A stretch of 64,000 nucleotides of DNA from Lytechinus pictus (lineage: Eukaryota), in the NCBI RefSeq assembly GCF_037042905.1, contig NC_087251.1, positions 19,346,001 to 19,410,000 of the forward strand, read 5' to 3'. The position numbers and the translations under genes were made by a program. The notes beneath the pieces were generated by a model. That model made no database searches. It saw nothing but the letters and a program-made list of their open reading frames with translations, and was not told where the DNA came from. Below, one piece after another: positions 11,784 through 26,100 of this stretch (position 1 is its first letter; every line of letters begins with the position of its first letter).

Positions 11784-14700
11784 TCAGTACTCTGTGACAC
11801 CATTACAAATCCGTACTCATCTAACTCTTCAAAAATCTAATATCTCTTCTTACTGTTTACCAAGCAACGTCCATATTGTATTTACCGTCTATAGAAAGAT
11901 TCCAATCAACCCTTATGTTACTTTTCACATCGTCTATCATTAGAATAAACATGCATGGATCCATAAAAAAACTATTGTTGTTTTCCTATTAAAATGATTT
12001 TCCCATCGCAGTGGACTACAAACTACAATAGCTCTCTCTCTATTTGATCATTGAACACAAAGGGTACTTGTGGGATGAGCCCAATGTACATTATGGCCAT
12101 ATTCATGCTACATTTATTGTGGAGATATGACTGCAAAGTAACCGACAGACGGTAAAATTGATTTTTTTTTCCTGTTGATATTGTTCTTTTCCTCTTGGTC
12201 TGTCCTCTGTAAAAGCAATATCTATATTTTAGGTGAAGGCCAGTGTAAAATCCAGAACATGTTACACAAAGCAAAATGAGTATAAACAATGGCAGAAAAT
12301 GTAAGTTTGCTGAAGAATAAAAATGTGAGAATGGGTGGGTTCATGTGTTTACCAAATCAAGGTACATTGTCATGTTGTTGGTAACATTCTTGTTTACATT
12401 ACTGCATGGTTACCAATGAGAATATTGGGCAAAACATGCTATCTGGTTTCCTTTTTTTTTAAAGAAAATTTAGGTTTTTTTTATTAATGAAAGAGGGATA
12501 TTTGATAAAATTAGTATCATTTTCAAGAAACTACACTAAATGAGGAAAAAGGCAACGTGGTATAAAATCTACTCTATGTAATCCTTGAATTTCTGTACAG
12601 TATAAATATCAAAATAAAACACAAAGTACAGTGATGGTGCTTCATGAAATGTACCAGTGAGCAGAAAATCATGTAAAGATCAAAATGATTTTGAATTGCC
12701 CATTAACCTAAATTAACCTGTCCAGAAACATATTGCAATGCATTCTTAATAATTACAGGACTCAAATAGTGTAGCTAATTAACAAGGTCATTATAAAAAT
12801 TGTCTTTAATCATAAACCTGTATACTGTAGCTAATTAGTTTTAAAACTAAAGAAAATAACATAGCAGCATCACAGGAATTACCATTGCCAATCACATTAG
12901 TGCAACTTACAACAATTAGCCCCCCCCCCCCACACACACACACACCTTTCTCTCCCCCTCCCTGACTCTTTACATTAAAGTACTGTTACATTATGATCAT
13001 TCATGTGCAAGTGTGGTTTGCAGGAATCATTCTATTAGGTGATATCATCGCTTGTCTCCCTGGACATGCCGATCAAAACGATATCCTTCCATCGCAGTTC
13101 ATCTCAAACTCTTTAGATTTCAACCCAAAACCTGAGGGGAAAGGGAATGCAAATTTGCTTGCCAATATTTTTTTACTTATGCAGTAACACATGTGATGGC
13201 AAAATGATCCCTAAATGTGACTAGCAATAGTTTTGTGATATTTAAGCCAAGGAGTTACCAGCTCCTTGGTTAAACAATATTAGGTTTTCACTATCCCTTA
13301 TTTAACCCTCTTCCTCCCATCTCCCTAGTACCTGCCTTTCACTTCTACACTTGTTTCCTATACCACCTTTCCACATTCTCCTTTATTACTTACTAATCAT
13401 CCTGTCCTCCCCATCCTCCATTTAAGCTATTGCATCTTCAAAGCATTGTATCTCTGCAATGCATCTTTGTATAATGAAGCTCTCAAATTCCCCCAAATGG
13501 AAGGGGAGGGGGGGGGGGGTGGTTAAAACTTTTTGTGCACACAACAGTCATGATCCAAAAACAGTTGTAGCTGTCATTTTTCATAACTCATACTTTTGGG
13601 GGGAACACATTTACCTTATATTTTGTAGCTGTTTGTTCATGTATATTGAAAAGAAAGTGCTCTAAAATGAATATATTTTCACTTGGTAGAGAATTCATCC
13701 ATCTAGAATATGATTTGGATTGGAGGTCACCAGGGAAACAATGACATGGACTTTTATATGAGGGAATGAACTTCTTAAAATGCTTCAAAAATACATAAAA
13801 GCCAAATGACCAGAAATTGAACATTATATTATTTCATCTGAAAAATCTAAATGTTGTTAACAGATTATGAAGGCAACTAAACAAATGTTAAAAAGTAGCA
13901 TGGACAAGTGTCCTATAGCATGGGAATAGCATGTTTTCATTCTGTCAATGGAGAGATCAATAATTATCCTAATATTACTACATGGGCAGCACCCAGAACA
14001 TTTATATATAGCGGTCTTTAAATGTTGCATCTTAAAATTATTACCATCATCATGATAATTAACTTATAGTCATAGATTTTTCATAATCAGGCCAATATGT
14101 ATCATCTGATTATAGATATTTTCCTCCTTAAAATAATTGTGCAAGGGAATTATAGAAAGTCTGAGATACATACTGCATGCTCTACTGATCAATACCCGAG
14201 ACCACAGTGAAAATATTTGGAGAGAGGAATGGAAAAGACAAGGGTCTAATGACCAGAAAATAATTTCAAAAATTAAACAGGAGAATAGGAGTACCAGATG
14301 AGGCCTTATTCCCTTCTCCCCACTCAGAATTAAAAACAATCATTTCAATTATGGCATTCTTTACGTGCAGCAGAGGGAGATGGTGTGTTTGGTATGCACT
14401 GGATGCTCAAGCCAATGTCATGTATGGAATTTCAAGTGAAATTTGGGGGCTAATCATGGCCATAAGAGTGTCAGACACATGAGTGATAATCAAGCCACTC
14501 TTTCTTCTATTAACTTTCATAATTCTAAGAGGCAAATAGTAATTATTGGACATGTGGTTTAGTATTCAGAACCCTAGCTGAGTACCAGCAATATCTTCCA
14601 TGGCAAAGCCAGTGCCGGTGTTATTTTTAAGGCATGCTTCATCCAAGAGGATAAAAAAAAATGTTTGGTGAGGAACCTTGATGTCAAATGAAGAATTTTC

Positions 14701-16409
14701 CACGAATATTGTATAATGAGTTTCTTGCAATGACTTTTCCATCAGAAGTTTTAATATGTCCAGTTCTCTCAACCTTTGGATAATTCCAATTGGGCCTTAT
14801 GATGATCCTCTCTGACAAACTGATTTCATCTTTCTGTCATTTAAGTTCATCAACTGACAAAAAATGATAAGTGAGGATAACCAAGCAAAAACTTTAGGAT
14901 TGTGATAAACAGTATCAAGTTCATACTTTCTTTTCTTCACATTGAACAAAAGCTATTGGCCTGATTCCCTTAATGATTGATGAAAAAGAGACGAGTGATG
15001 TCTGCTGAAATTTAGTTTTCAGCCAATTTGTAATAATTAATCATGATTATTAAAAGGAAAAAATTGCAATACAAAGGATGTTGCATTTGAATATCTGCTT
15101 GAAATATTCTGGGTACATTCTTTGTGATAAATTATCAAGTCTTTTTCTTATCATCAGTCAGTCATTGGAAAAAAAATCATCAAAGCAGTTCCTCCTATTA
15201 GAATCTCTAAAGGACATACTGGTACCCCCACAAAATTCACGATTTGTAAATGAATGCAAGTCACAACGGGCGTTCCTATTCCATGATCGCCCTCTTTTGG
15301 CCGAAGGAAAACATAGCTTTCGACACTCACTTCACTCTTCAAGATCAAATCCTATGTCTGAGTGAGGGAACATTAGAGCATCCTGCACAGTGCAAGGGAG
15401 AAAAAGAAAGTTGTAAAGCCCTTCAAAGTTCTTACAAAACAAAGAGACAGAATGTTCCTTTACAATGACTCGTCAAGTCGATCTAACGTCTAGGACTACT
15501 GAAACCAGATAGGGGCCGAATTAGCCGCAGCTGAACTCCTCTATGAGGATGTGATTAAGACTGGTTAAAGACAAATGAGATCATCAGGGGGTTGAAGCAA
15601 GGAAAATTTAGTTGCTGAAGGAATTACTGTGGACTACCTCTGAAAGAGCAACTTTGGAGCCTCCTGATGGGTGATCAACGTAATAGGGCTTGGTAAAGAC
15701 GTCTGTCACCGCTTCTTAAGCATTATGTGCAAAATATTTAGTCATTTTAGTGACAGAAATGGAAAGGATAGAGCATCATGTGACAGTATTGTTCATAAAT
15801 ATTAATTGAAGGGCTTAGGTGCAGAACAGACCAGGTGAATAATACAGACTGAAGCACAAGGGAAGGTTAATAAAAGTGGTAGTATGGGTATGCTGCATGA
15901 AGGATCAACAATCTCTGAACAATATGCATAGCAATAATTTATCACTTATATACACAGATTATCTGCCAGTTTTGTACTGTATGGATACAGGCAGTAATTG
16001 ACTGGAACAGGGTACATTGTGGTACATCACTGTGCAGACCAAACAATGCATGAAAATCCACAAACCTCTTTTTTCCGAAACCTTTCAAAATGCTTTCTAC
16101 AAACAGTGTGTGCAATACTTTTGATCCTGGTGAAAAGAAATATATATATTTTTTTAAATAGGTTCATAGGTGCAACACAATCATTCCCAAGACGATAGGT
16201 CAAAAACATATTTTCCCTGCAGGTATCTGAATTTCTCTGTATTTAACCTTAATGGTATATTTAATGGTTGAATTACTAGACAGCATTGCATTCTCAAGTA
16301 CCATCACCTGATCATGTTCAGCACATTAGATACACATATGAATTTTATATAAAACTTTTTCAAGGGTTGTGGTTGAAGTCCTCTTATAATATGGTTAACT
16401 AACCATGTG

Positions 16410-17140
16410 TTTACCCACCCGCATCTAAGTATGACCTTCGACTCCACAAGTTCTAAGACACAGCAACACCACATCCACACACACATAAGACCCACTGCTC
16501 TTAAATACCTAATGGACTGGTCCGGTCCCGATTGCCCATACACGCACTCACACCCACACATAAACTGCTTGCACACACATGTGAATAATCATTCACACTC
16601 ACCCTCACACACAAGCACATTGCTGGTCCACAACTGTGATTCTCACCAACACTCAAACACACAACCAAGCTGGCTGATCCAGACCAGTGATTCTCATACA
16701 CACACTATTAACCTGCTAGTCCAGACCTGGGATAATCACACACACACTCACCCTCACACACCACGAACATGGAGATCCAAACCAGTGATACTCATTTACA
16801 CATTCACACAAAAACATCTAACCGGAACACACATACTAATAGCTGACCCACTCCTAACCAGTTCTACCCCAAGTTCTCTCTCCCACACACACACACACAC
16901 ACCCACCCACACAACTAACCTACTCTCCAAGACTCATGATTCCCACACACACAAACAATCTGAACCTGCTATATCAGACCGAAGATTCTCACATCTAAAA
17001 ACACTCCTAACCAACCTTTCTAGAACTGTAATTCTCACACACAGACACAAACATACATTTGACTCAACCAGTAATACCCTTTCTACCTCACCCTCTATCT
17101 CTTCCATCTACACACACACACACTTCCTAACCAACCTGTT
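16410..17140. repeat. Degenerate CA-rich minisatellite (approx. AACCTGCTGGTCCAGACCWGTGATTCTCA + (CA)n)
   Basis: Recurring ccagaccagtgattctca, aacctgct and ctcctaaccaa motifs separated by variable cacacaca tracts. Confidence 0.75.
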
Positions 17141-18743
17141 ATGCCCAGTAAATGCAATTTTTTTCTGCCAGGATCCAATAATTTTCTCCTTATTTATAAC
17201 AAATGTAAAAATATAAATGGCTCAAACTTATTACTTGAATGCAATTTAGTTAACATTTCACAAGTACATGTATGCATTAGTTGTTAATTCCACATTATGT
17301 TAATTGAACAAATTTTGCTAATTCAACAAATTTTGCTAATTCAACAGGAATCTCTCAGCTTTCATATAATTTCCTCCTCAAATGATCATTATCACTTTAA
17401 TGTCAAAGGGGACATCAGAGCCCCCTCATCTTTGAATCACACTTTAAAGGATATAACAAACACTGCACATTTATAAAACATCATGCATGCAAACAGCAGA
17501 CATTACATGTATGTTGTGGTGCATGCAGTTGGTCAATCCCTGTAGTGAACTTTGCAGATTACTAATTAAAAAACATAACTTAACTTTAAGTACTTGTTAA
17601 GTCAAAGGCATTCATCAATTTCACTGCACTTTTTGTGCTCTTTTGTAACCCTTGTAAATGTCAACAGTAGATTAAAATTATGTCAAACCTCCCTCTTTCT
17701 AATTTCTTTGTGTTCTGCATTGACATTTTGAGAACGAAGAAACTTATGGTCTTTGCAGATCTGTAAATCTGCAATATTTTTGTGAATGCTTTGTTTTAAG
17801 CTCATAAATACAATAATGATAAGGCAGATACTCTGATACTGCCTTTGATCATTTCCTTTTTTTTCTGTCTTTCCGCTCTGAACTACAGATGTTGAAGGAC
17901 GATTTGAAGTGGTGATATGGTTACAAGACATCTGGAGTATTTGATTAGCTTTAAGCTACAGTTTAGTTAGGAAGATGGGACTTGGTATTATCTAGAGCTT
18001 AATGTGTAATCACATCAATAGAACATCTTCTAGTATGACTATCAACACTTGCTAGAAATCCTTCACTACGGAACCAGTTGGGGGAAAAAGTAAACATACC
18101 GATGATCCTTAATCAGATTGAGCGATTATGATTCCTATTTGTAGGTCTTTACAGAAATTATTTTTTGGTTTAAACAATGCAGTTTCATCATAGAAATTGT
18201 TTGAAATTCCCTCATGACTGCATATCAAAAACTACAAATAGAAATTGTGCCTATATGATATATTTAAAAAAATATAAGCTACATTCATTATGAACAATAT
18301 GTCAGAAGGTGATATCATTTGAAATGTTATACACATATCATCGGAGAAAGGTGCCAAAACAAGTTTCTTTCTTTTCCATTTATCCATTCAGTCATTGCTA
18401 AGTATATTCCATTTCATTTGGTTTTATAATTTCAGAGTTGATTTCAGTGGAAAGTGTGCGAATCATGGTCATAAAAAAAAAGCTAGTAAGATGTTGAGGA
18501 TTCATACAAATTTTAAAAAGGTGATATGTGGTCAAGTGATTTAATAGATGTAGTAGAACTTTGAATAAAGCTTTATAATCATATGTAGGCAGTAATACAT
18601 CAAAAGAGATTTAAATCAACCTCAACTTATGTTCCCAATTACAACTGAATTCCACTTGCAAAACATTGTTCATAAAGTTTGCCAAAATAGGGTTATCGGC
18701 TGTGTCAAATCAAATTAGCAAGTTACAATATGCAGAAGTTTAT

Positions 18744-18958
18744 CATACATACATACGGAGGTTTTTTACCTGACTGCTAAGAAAGCACGAATGCCTGTGA
18801 GCAAGCAACCAGGGGACCAACAGCTTAAGCTCCTCTCCGAGGGACCTGGTAATGAGGAAAAATGCCTTACCAAAGGGCATTAGCGCACCACTTAGGAATC
18901 GAACCCGGGTCACCGGAATCCGAAACCCCCGCTCTACCGACTGAGCTATCGCGCCTCC
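18744..18958 (-). mobile_element. tRNA-derived SINE (family A)
   Basis: Minus strand GGAGGCGCGATAGCTCAGTCGGTAGAGCG...CCCGGGTTCGATTCC gives A box and B box. Followed by non-tRNA body (GCCCTTTGGTAAGGCATT...CCCTCGGAGAGGAGCTTAAGCTGTTGGTCCC) and an AAAAAA/(GTAT)n tail. No intact acceptor stem. Confidence 0.88.
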
Positions 18959-19913
18959 TCTCATTTTTACTGTAACAGATTTTTGACAGAATAGGTTCAT
19001 ATGAGCCACAATTTACAAGAACTTAATTGAAAATAGCCAGTCTTTCTTAAAACATAGGGAAAACTTTGGCAATTCATGTTACTGTACGTTGGAAATTCAT
19101 TCATCAAATCAATCATAACTTTATGAACTGCTTAACGAGGCCCGCAAGTGAGATTGACGCAAGGACCACCAAGTGAGTTATTCGTAAAGCATTTTGTAGA
19201 AAGAACTATGACTTGATGAATGATCAAAATACGAAGTGCCAAACAATGTCAAATGGAAAATGAAATGATTTAAAAAAAACTAATTTCACCCCTTCAACCA
19301 TGGTAGGGATAATGATTAGGGAATTTAGCATAAGGTAGATGGACTACGATGGATTTCTTAACAGGAACACAACATCATGGTCTGGGGTTTTAAGTTTCTT
19401 GCTCATGTAAATGACCTTGAAAACAGGAATTCATCCTAAACCCCAAGAGGGGGAACTCGCCACTGATAGAAAACGATGATAAACCCACAGCACAGGACAG
19501 ACTTTTGAACCCAAAGTCCTCTTTGGCCCGTTCACACAGCATACAGGGTACGTTGAGAAACATACTGGTGTATACCAGGCTTTGTTTGATAGCTATGGAG
19601 TTAAGGTTCCAGGTAGCACAATCTAAAGAACACACAATACTCCTAATGACATACATTTGTGAATGTCCCAATCAGGTACCTGGATTCCTACGATTCTATT
19701 CACCCATTATAGTTGTATCTCTATAGATGGAATGTGATCTTCATGTAGGTTCGATATGTTTTTAGTAAATATTTTCCTTGACCAGGTTAAACGTGATAAA
19801 TGATTCAGTCATCTATGTGAATGAGTAATATCTATTTGAATAACATTTTAATAGCATAAAAGCTTCATTATTAACTTCTATAGTACATTCTATATAGTAC
19901 ATTCTATATCATC

Positions 19914-20180
19914 GGAGCGTTGTGGCCCAGTGGATTAGTCTTCGGACTTTGAAACAGAGGGTCGTGGGTTCGAATCCCAGCCATGGCGTAATTTCCTTCA
20001 GCAAGAAACTGATCCACAGTGTGCTGCACTCAACCCAGGTGAGGTAAATGGGTACCGGTAGGAAGTAATTCCTTAAAAAGCTGTGTGCGCTATGAACGCC
20101 TAGCTTAGCTGGGTAATATAGGAGCGCCTTGAGCACCTAACAAGGTGGATATGTGCGCAATATAAATACCCTATATTATT
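19914..20180 (+). mobile_element. tRNA-derived SINE (family B) with L2-like 3' tail and probable TSD
   Basis: A box TGGCCCAGTGG, B box GGTTCGAATCC. Central CACTCAACCCAGGTGAGGTAAATGGGTACC resembles conserved SINE core domains. 3' GCGCCTTGAGCAC...GCGCAATATAAATA...(TAT)n. ATTCTATATC on both flanks (19901-19910, 20178-20187). Confidence 0.9.
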
Positions 20181-23100
20181 CTATATCTCATCTTTCTCAA
20201 TATGTGAGCAAATCATGGAAATTATAACACTAGGATACAAATATATACTGCCAAGTTTTATTATTGAATATTATATAACATTTATGCCATGACAGGTATC
20301 TTTTGTATAAGATCACATGTGAATAATTTCTAGTATAGTGAGAGTAATGGATATTGGCTACATTTTGGAAGACTATCAGTTACTTGAAACATCTGAGTGG
20401 CCTAACAGAACAAGTTACAAACAAATAAAAGTAACTTCATCTGAGTGAACAGGTTTCAGAAAAGTATTTTGAATTTCATAAAACCGAATTACATAGTTGA
20501 CATGTCAAGGTAATTGATTAGGAAAGATACTTTCAAAATCTAGTTCATGGAAAAAATGACTTTTCAAAAATATCAGACAAAATATCCTTCAACAAGGTGA
20601 TAATTTGAAAATACAGTTTTTGTCAAGGAAGTTTTCAATCCAAACTATGGGAATCATTGTATTAGAGGGCATACAGATTATAGTAATTGGTAGCTTGCAA
20701 AAATATATACCTGGATTTTTATTTCCGCAGCCATTACATAATGGATATTATGACTGCTGGCAAAACTAATCACAAAGTGATGCAACTTCATACTTGAGTT
20801 TTGTTCAATTAAAATATATGTAAGTATAAGTGATGAAACGTGACCTTGAACTTAACAATTCCAGCATTTTCCCATCAGTATAGGAAGTATATATACTGAT
20901 ATTAAAAAATAGGCAATACATTCCTCTAAACTTGCTGAAGTAAGAGGAGGAAAGCCCCTGTAAATATTTGATTGTAAACCCAGGGGCTAAGGGTTAACAA
21001 CTAAACTCAGAATAAATGAGAGGTCAGTGTCTTCTATACATTCATAGGAAACAGCTAGGAAGAAGGAAATACATAAGGAGCCCCGGGCATTCGCTGGATG
21101 CAGGAAACATCACTAAATCTCCCCCTTCATCTGACGCACATTTTCTTAGCAAACTCTGCTGTTACTGCTGCAGCCTCCTATTCGGCTCAAAGCAGATGTT
21201 AGCAGGCTCAGCACGATCCATGCCTTACCTAGCCTGCTCATACCTCTCCCATTTCTTTATAAATTCTTGCTGTACCTGCGGACTTTCGGTAGCCATCTTC
21301 ACTCGATGGGGGCTATTGCAAGAGGAATTCTCTGGAATTTTGAATTTGAAATTGCTCATTAAAGTATATGACTCTAAGGCAGGGAATGAAGTGTGATTGT
21401 TTGTAATGAATACTGCCTCTGGTTGTCTATGTGTGCTTGCATTTTGAAATGAACAATTTTAAGTCTGGATGGAGCTATATCAATTCTCTGATATCAAATT
21501 TTGAACCTTTTTTTCTTCCTCCCTTGCAATGAATCTAATTATCATAATTATGTTACCCATGAAAGGATTAGCCGATCTTGCTCTAAACAAAAGGAAATAA
21601 TTAGAGTACCACTTTGTTTTAAAACATCAATTCTTAAACTGATCATCACTGGATAAAAAAAAGAAGAAAATAGAAACAAGTGTTTATTCAGAGGAGAAAG
21701 ATAGAGACAGAGAGAGAGATATAAAAAATAGACACATATCCAAACAAACACCCATGCAGTGACAAAGAGACAGAGAAACACTGAGAGAGCAACAGACAAA
21801 GAGAAAGTGACAAAGCATCAATACAAGCAAATCAAAAGTTACATGAGGAAAAAGACTGTTCAATGATAACCAATTAGCATACTGTTTTAATCAATCAACC
21901 TTTAGTTTACAAATATAGTACAAAGATACAACAATACATCTAATTGAAACAGAGATTCAAGAGTTGAAAATACTTCTATATAGCGAGTACCGAGTAAAGG
22001 TAAGTGTTTCTTTTTTTCTACTCACACAAGTGATAAATATGAAACTAGTTCCATGCTCAAAAGGAAATACTGTATTTAAAAGGTATATCCTGATTGTGCT
22101 CTCAATGGGAGATATCTACACAAGGAAACAACAACACTTTCTCAGGATAGAAACATTCTCCTTTGCTCTATATCCATGACCCCTTCCTCCCCCACCCCCC
22201 CCCCCAAATCTGTTCTGAAATGTTTTGGGTATGGTTGCGTGTGCCCCCTTGTCTTGCCCCCGGCCCTGTTTCCTGGAGATGAACATGAATGTTTAGAGAC
22301 AATGTGGTGAGTGCAGATCGCGGATGTGAAACCATCGTGGAAGTCCAATCGAGGGGGTACAGTTCAAGTCATGACTCACAAAATAGGTTTGAAAAAAAAA
22401 GAGAGAAAAAAAAACTATGAAACATGCATGCTGGACTATAAGGCCCTTTTCATGTTGACGCAGAAGAATATCAAACACAACGTTGGGGGATTTCCTTAAC
22501 CTAATGGGCATCTATAGATTAAGACCATGAGAGAGTTCTACATTTCGCGAGAGTATTGACCGATGTTTTTTCATAGATAATGTTGAGCTTCTGTGACTTT
22601 TTATTACATTAATTTCTTTAGAAATGTAACATCTACTTGAAGTTTTAAGTGAAACTAGAGAGACCAACCATTCAGCTTGGACAGCAAGTTCAAGAGGATT
22701 TATGTAATTCTAGTGATAATATTGATCATTTATGATTCATGATTTGGTTAATTAACGAAATCATTACCTCTATGAAAAGTGAAGTTCAAACAAAGACATG
22801 TCAATGAGATTGGACACAGAATAGTTAAGTGTTTACAATGACAATATAAAGTGTACTGTTTCTCTATTTTAGTCATTTTAGAGTGCTGTAAAACTGTTTA
22901 AAAAAATTGAAGTTCAGCAAGCGGCAGACTAACAAACTTTGACAAAGGAACTGTGAGGATTTAAGTGTTTTTAGTGACAAAATTTCGCTATTTTATTATT
23001 CTTGATTTTGGTTACCTTATGAAATCCTTACCCTTTTGAAAAAAAGAGGTTCAAACAAGAACAGACCAATAAGCTGGGACAAACCAACAATAACAAGTGA

Positions 23101-26100
23101 AATTTCTCCAACTGGAAAAGTGGAGAGTACAAGCATTCACGATGTACATGTATACTGCATACAAATTGAATCTTTTGGTCAGATAAACCCCGACTCACCG
23201 CAGTGATGATCATATACATTTATGCAATTTTGAAAACTCACCAGCCAATTAACCTTGCCATTTACAGAGTAATGTTTCTGAAAATTCAGTCATAAAACAG
23301 GCAATGCCAGAAGAGGATGGGCAGCATTTTGATAAACTCTACATTAGTGTTGTGATTGACATTTTGTTTTAGTAGATTATTTAGTGTTATGCACTTTGAA
23401 AAGGTGCAGTCAAGCCAAGGATATGGCTATTAATGGAACTCTGTATCTAGAGTATAGGGTAAACATTGTCATTACAAGCTAAAAAAAAATCAATCATTAG
23501 ACCTTTCAAAGCTATCACGAAATTACATATAGATGCGATAATCTTATCTTGGCATGGCATTGAATGGCCAGTAAATTTTGCGTTAAACAAACTTCCATGT
23601 ACAAATTCCCAGAAAATTTGGATTATGCCACACAGCTTGTTGGACTGCAGTGCATCATCTTGGGCTAATAGAGTATCAAAGTATATTTTGAGGAAAATAA
23701 ATCAACCAAGGCAAATGTAATAAAATGATATGGTGACACTGGTCATCAAGGAAGGAATGTGACTCGCCTTGGATTGCTAATAATGAATAATACCTATTTT
23801 GAGCTTTATCAGTTTTGTTTCTATTTTCTAGGGTAAAGAAGACATGATAGCCAAAAGGAGCAGCATATTGATGAAACAAGCTATGGTGTACTAATAAGTA
23901 TGTGCTTGGATATAATTCCATAAATTTCAGTGGAAAATATGAAAAGATTGATTCCCATCCCAATGAATTGTAGTGAATGATCCTTCATAAAGGACCAGTA
24001 TATATCCTGCTAATATGTAGAGCATTGTAGAAAATGTTTCACATAATATTAGTAGTTTCAATGGTGATTTGCCTTCATATGAATACTTGCACTATGCATA
24101 ATGCACCTTCGATAGCATATAAAAAATTATTGAAATATGAATTCATGTTAGTCTTTTTTTTTTCTTTTTGCCTACAACATTTAATCTTTCAAGCTGCAAA
24201 TGAATACTTTTGATTCTCTCTCTAGCTTGGATGACTCGTGACAGAGCTGTTCTGGCCATGTCATTAATCCGACCAGGCTTGTTTTAAGGGAAACTATTTT
24301 CATTGACTTTGATCACAAATGAAAACCTAGATTTGCAGGATGCCAGCTACTGGAAAGCCCTCGATAATTAATGGATTAACTTCTGCTGCTTAATGTAAGC
24401 CATTTTCATTATTTAGCAAATCATGAGAGATTTGGAAACAGGGACTTAGCAAATCCTGATGGGATTGTATGTACTTTTGGATACAATTACCATGTATTCA
24501 ATTGAATACTCTTTATATTCAATCCCTAATTGTCCTTTCATACCGTGTCTAATTACACAATTTTCTTTTAAGCTGCAGACATACCCCCTCCTAAAGTTCA
24601 TCTCTATGAATTCAACATATACACTCATCACGTCTCATGGATATATCACAAAAGAGCTATAATATGGGTATCATCCCTATGTGGTAACCTTTGACAAAGG
24701 CAAATGTATTCTGTGGTTTTAACATGGATGCTTTCCAACAAACCAAGAGAGCTAACAGATTACCGGGTTGCAGCTAACCGCAATTACAAATGTTTCTTTA
24801 TTTTCATTGTCAATTTGGTTGATTGTATATTGGTGATTAACAAATTTCCTTTGAGTTTAACCTGTCTAACCTTAACAGCATCTGATGGTAATCATATCAA
24901 AGGATTTTGTACTTAACATTGTATGGATGAATTGCCTTCTTGACCTTCAGCAGATTCATTTAACCAGTTGCGTACTGGAGTCTGTAATCTCTATTGGCTT
25001 TGTACAGCTAGGACCACTCACTTCCAGTAGGTAACGGGTTAAACATCCTTGATATTCTACAAGGTAAATTGGACTTGGTCATGGGAATTAAGATTGGCTG
25101 CTGTTACTAGTGAAATGGACTAAATAAACCTGTCAGGCAAACCTGGTAAAAGCTAAGCCCCAACCAGTCAATGAATCTAAACCAAAATGAAATTAAAAAA
25201 AAGAATGTTTGTTGGTTTCATCAAGAGGAAATAAGGTAGATTCATGGATAACCTTAGTGGTGTCATCTATATAATACCATTCACATTCATGAGCCTCAAA
25301 TGCAGGAGACACTTAAAAGGCTCTTTGCATTTACATCTTTGAAGTGGACTAAATCCAGCTTCACCGAACGGGGGCTCTCAAGAGTTATTGGCACAAATTT
25401 ATCAGTGCAGGGTGGGCTGGGATCACCTAACAAAAGACTATGAAGTGCTGCCGTTGTCTATATAATTTCTTCATGTGTTTCATTCATATATGCATGTTTG
25501 ATATGAGTACAGCGGACTGCAGAGCCAGAAAAGGTTAATGGGAACAAATGGGTATCTTGTCCAAGGTTGATTGCTACACACAGTGATCCAGCAGTATTGG
25601 GGCCTCCAGCTGCAGATTTCTGTGAATGAATCTCTCCCGGTTCAACATTATTCCTCTCCCCTTTTTCAAAACTGCATTTGGGTTGTTGTTTTCAATAATG
25701 AAGCCTGTCCATTTCAAGCGTTTGCATTCCCTTCTATCAATTTTTCTTCCTCATTCCAAAGAAATGTTCAGGTAATCTGTGAAGACTTGTCATCTGTTTG
25801 ATTTGGTCTTTCATTTCTATCTTTCTTTCTCTTTCTCCTCTTTTAACTGCAGTTCTTTGAAATATTAAAAAATAATCATAGCGTGTATCATTTACACATC
25901 AAGGGAAAAACCAAGAAAAATAAAAAACTGTTGGTAACATTAATAGCTTATTTTTCCTAATTCATACAATTTACTACTTGAATGTTTGTTTGTTTTCAGT
26001 TACAGATACTCGACCATCATTATGGCGCTAACTTCATAATCAAATGTCAAGTTCAATTGAAATGAGTTCTGATGCAATAAATGATAGGACCCCATTCAAT

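Noticed and set aside
11498..11943. ORFs with repeated QQLPP/ATTTT peptides; superficially CRISPR-like periodicity
   Set aside because: A 22-bp head-to-tail minisatellite with no unique spacers, unit not a multiple of 3, eukaryotic context and no cas genes.
16407..17216. 269-aa His/Thr-rich ORF, the longest in the track
   Set aside because: Translation of a CA-rich repeat that lacks stops by composition; no domain features.
18885..18958. tRNA gene on minus strand
   Set aside because: A/B boxes present but acceptor and anticodon stems do not close and a SINE body follows.
19914..19988. tRNA-Gln(TTG)-like gene
   Set aside because: Acceptor stem poorly paired; continuous with SINE core, tail and TSD.
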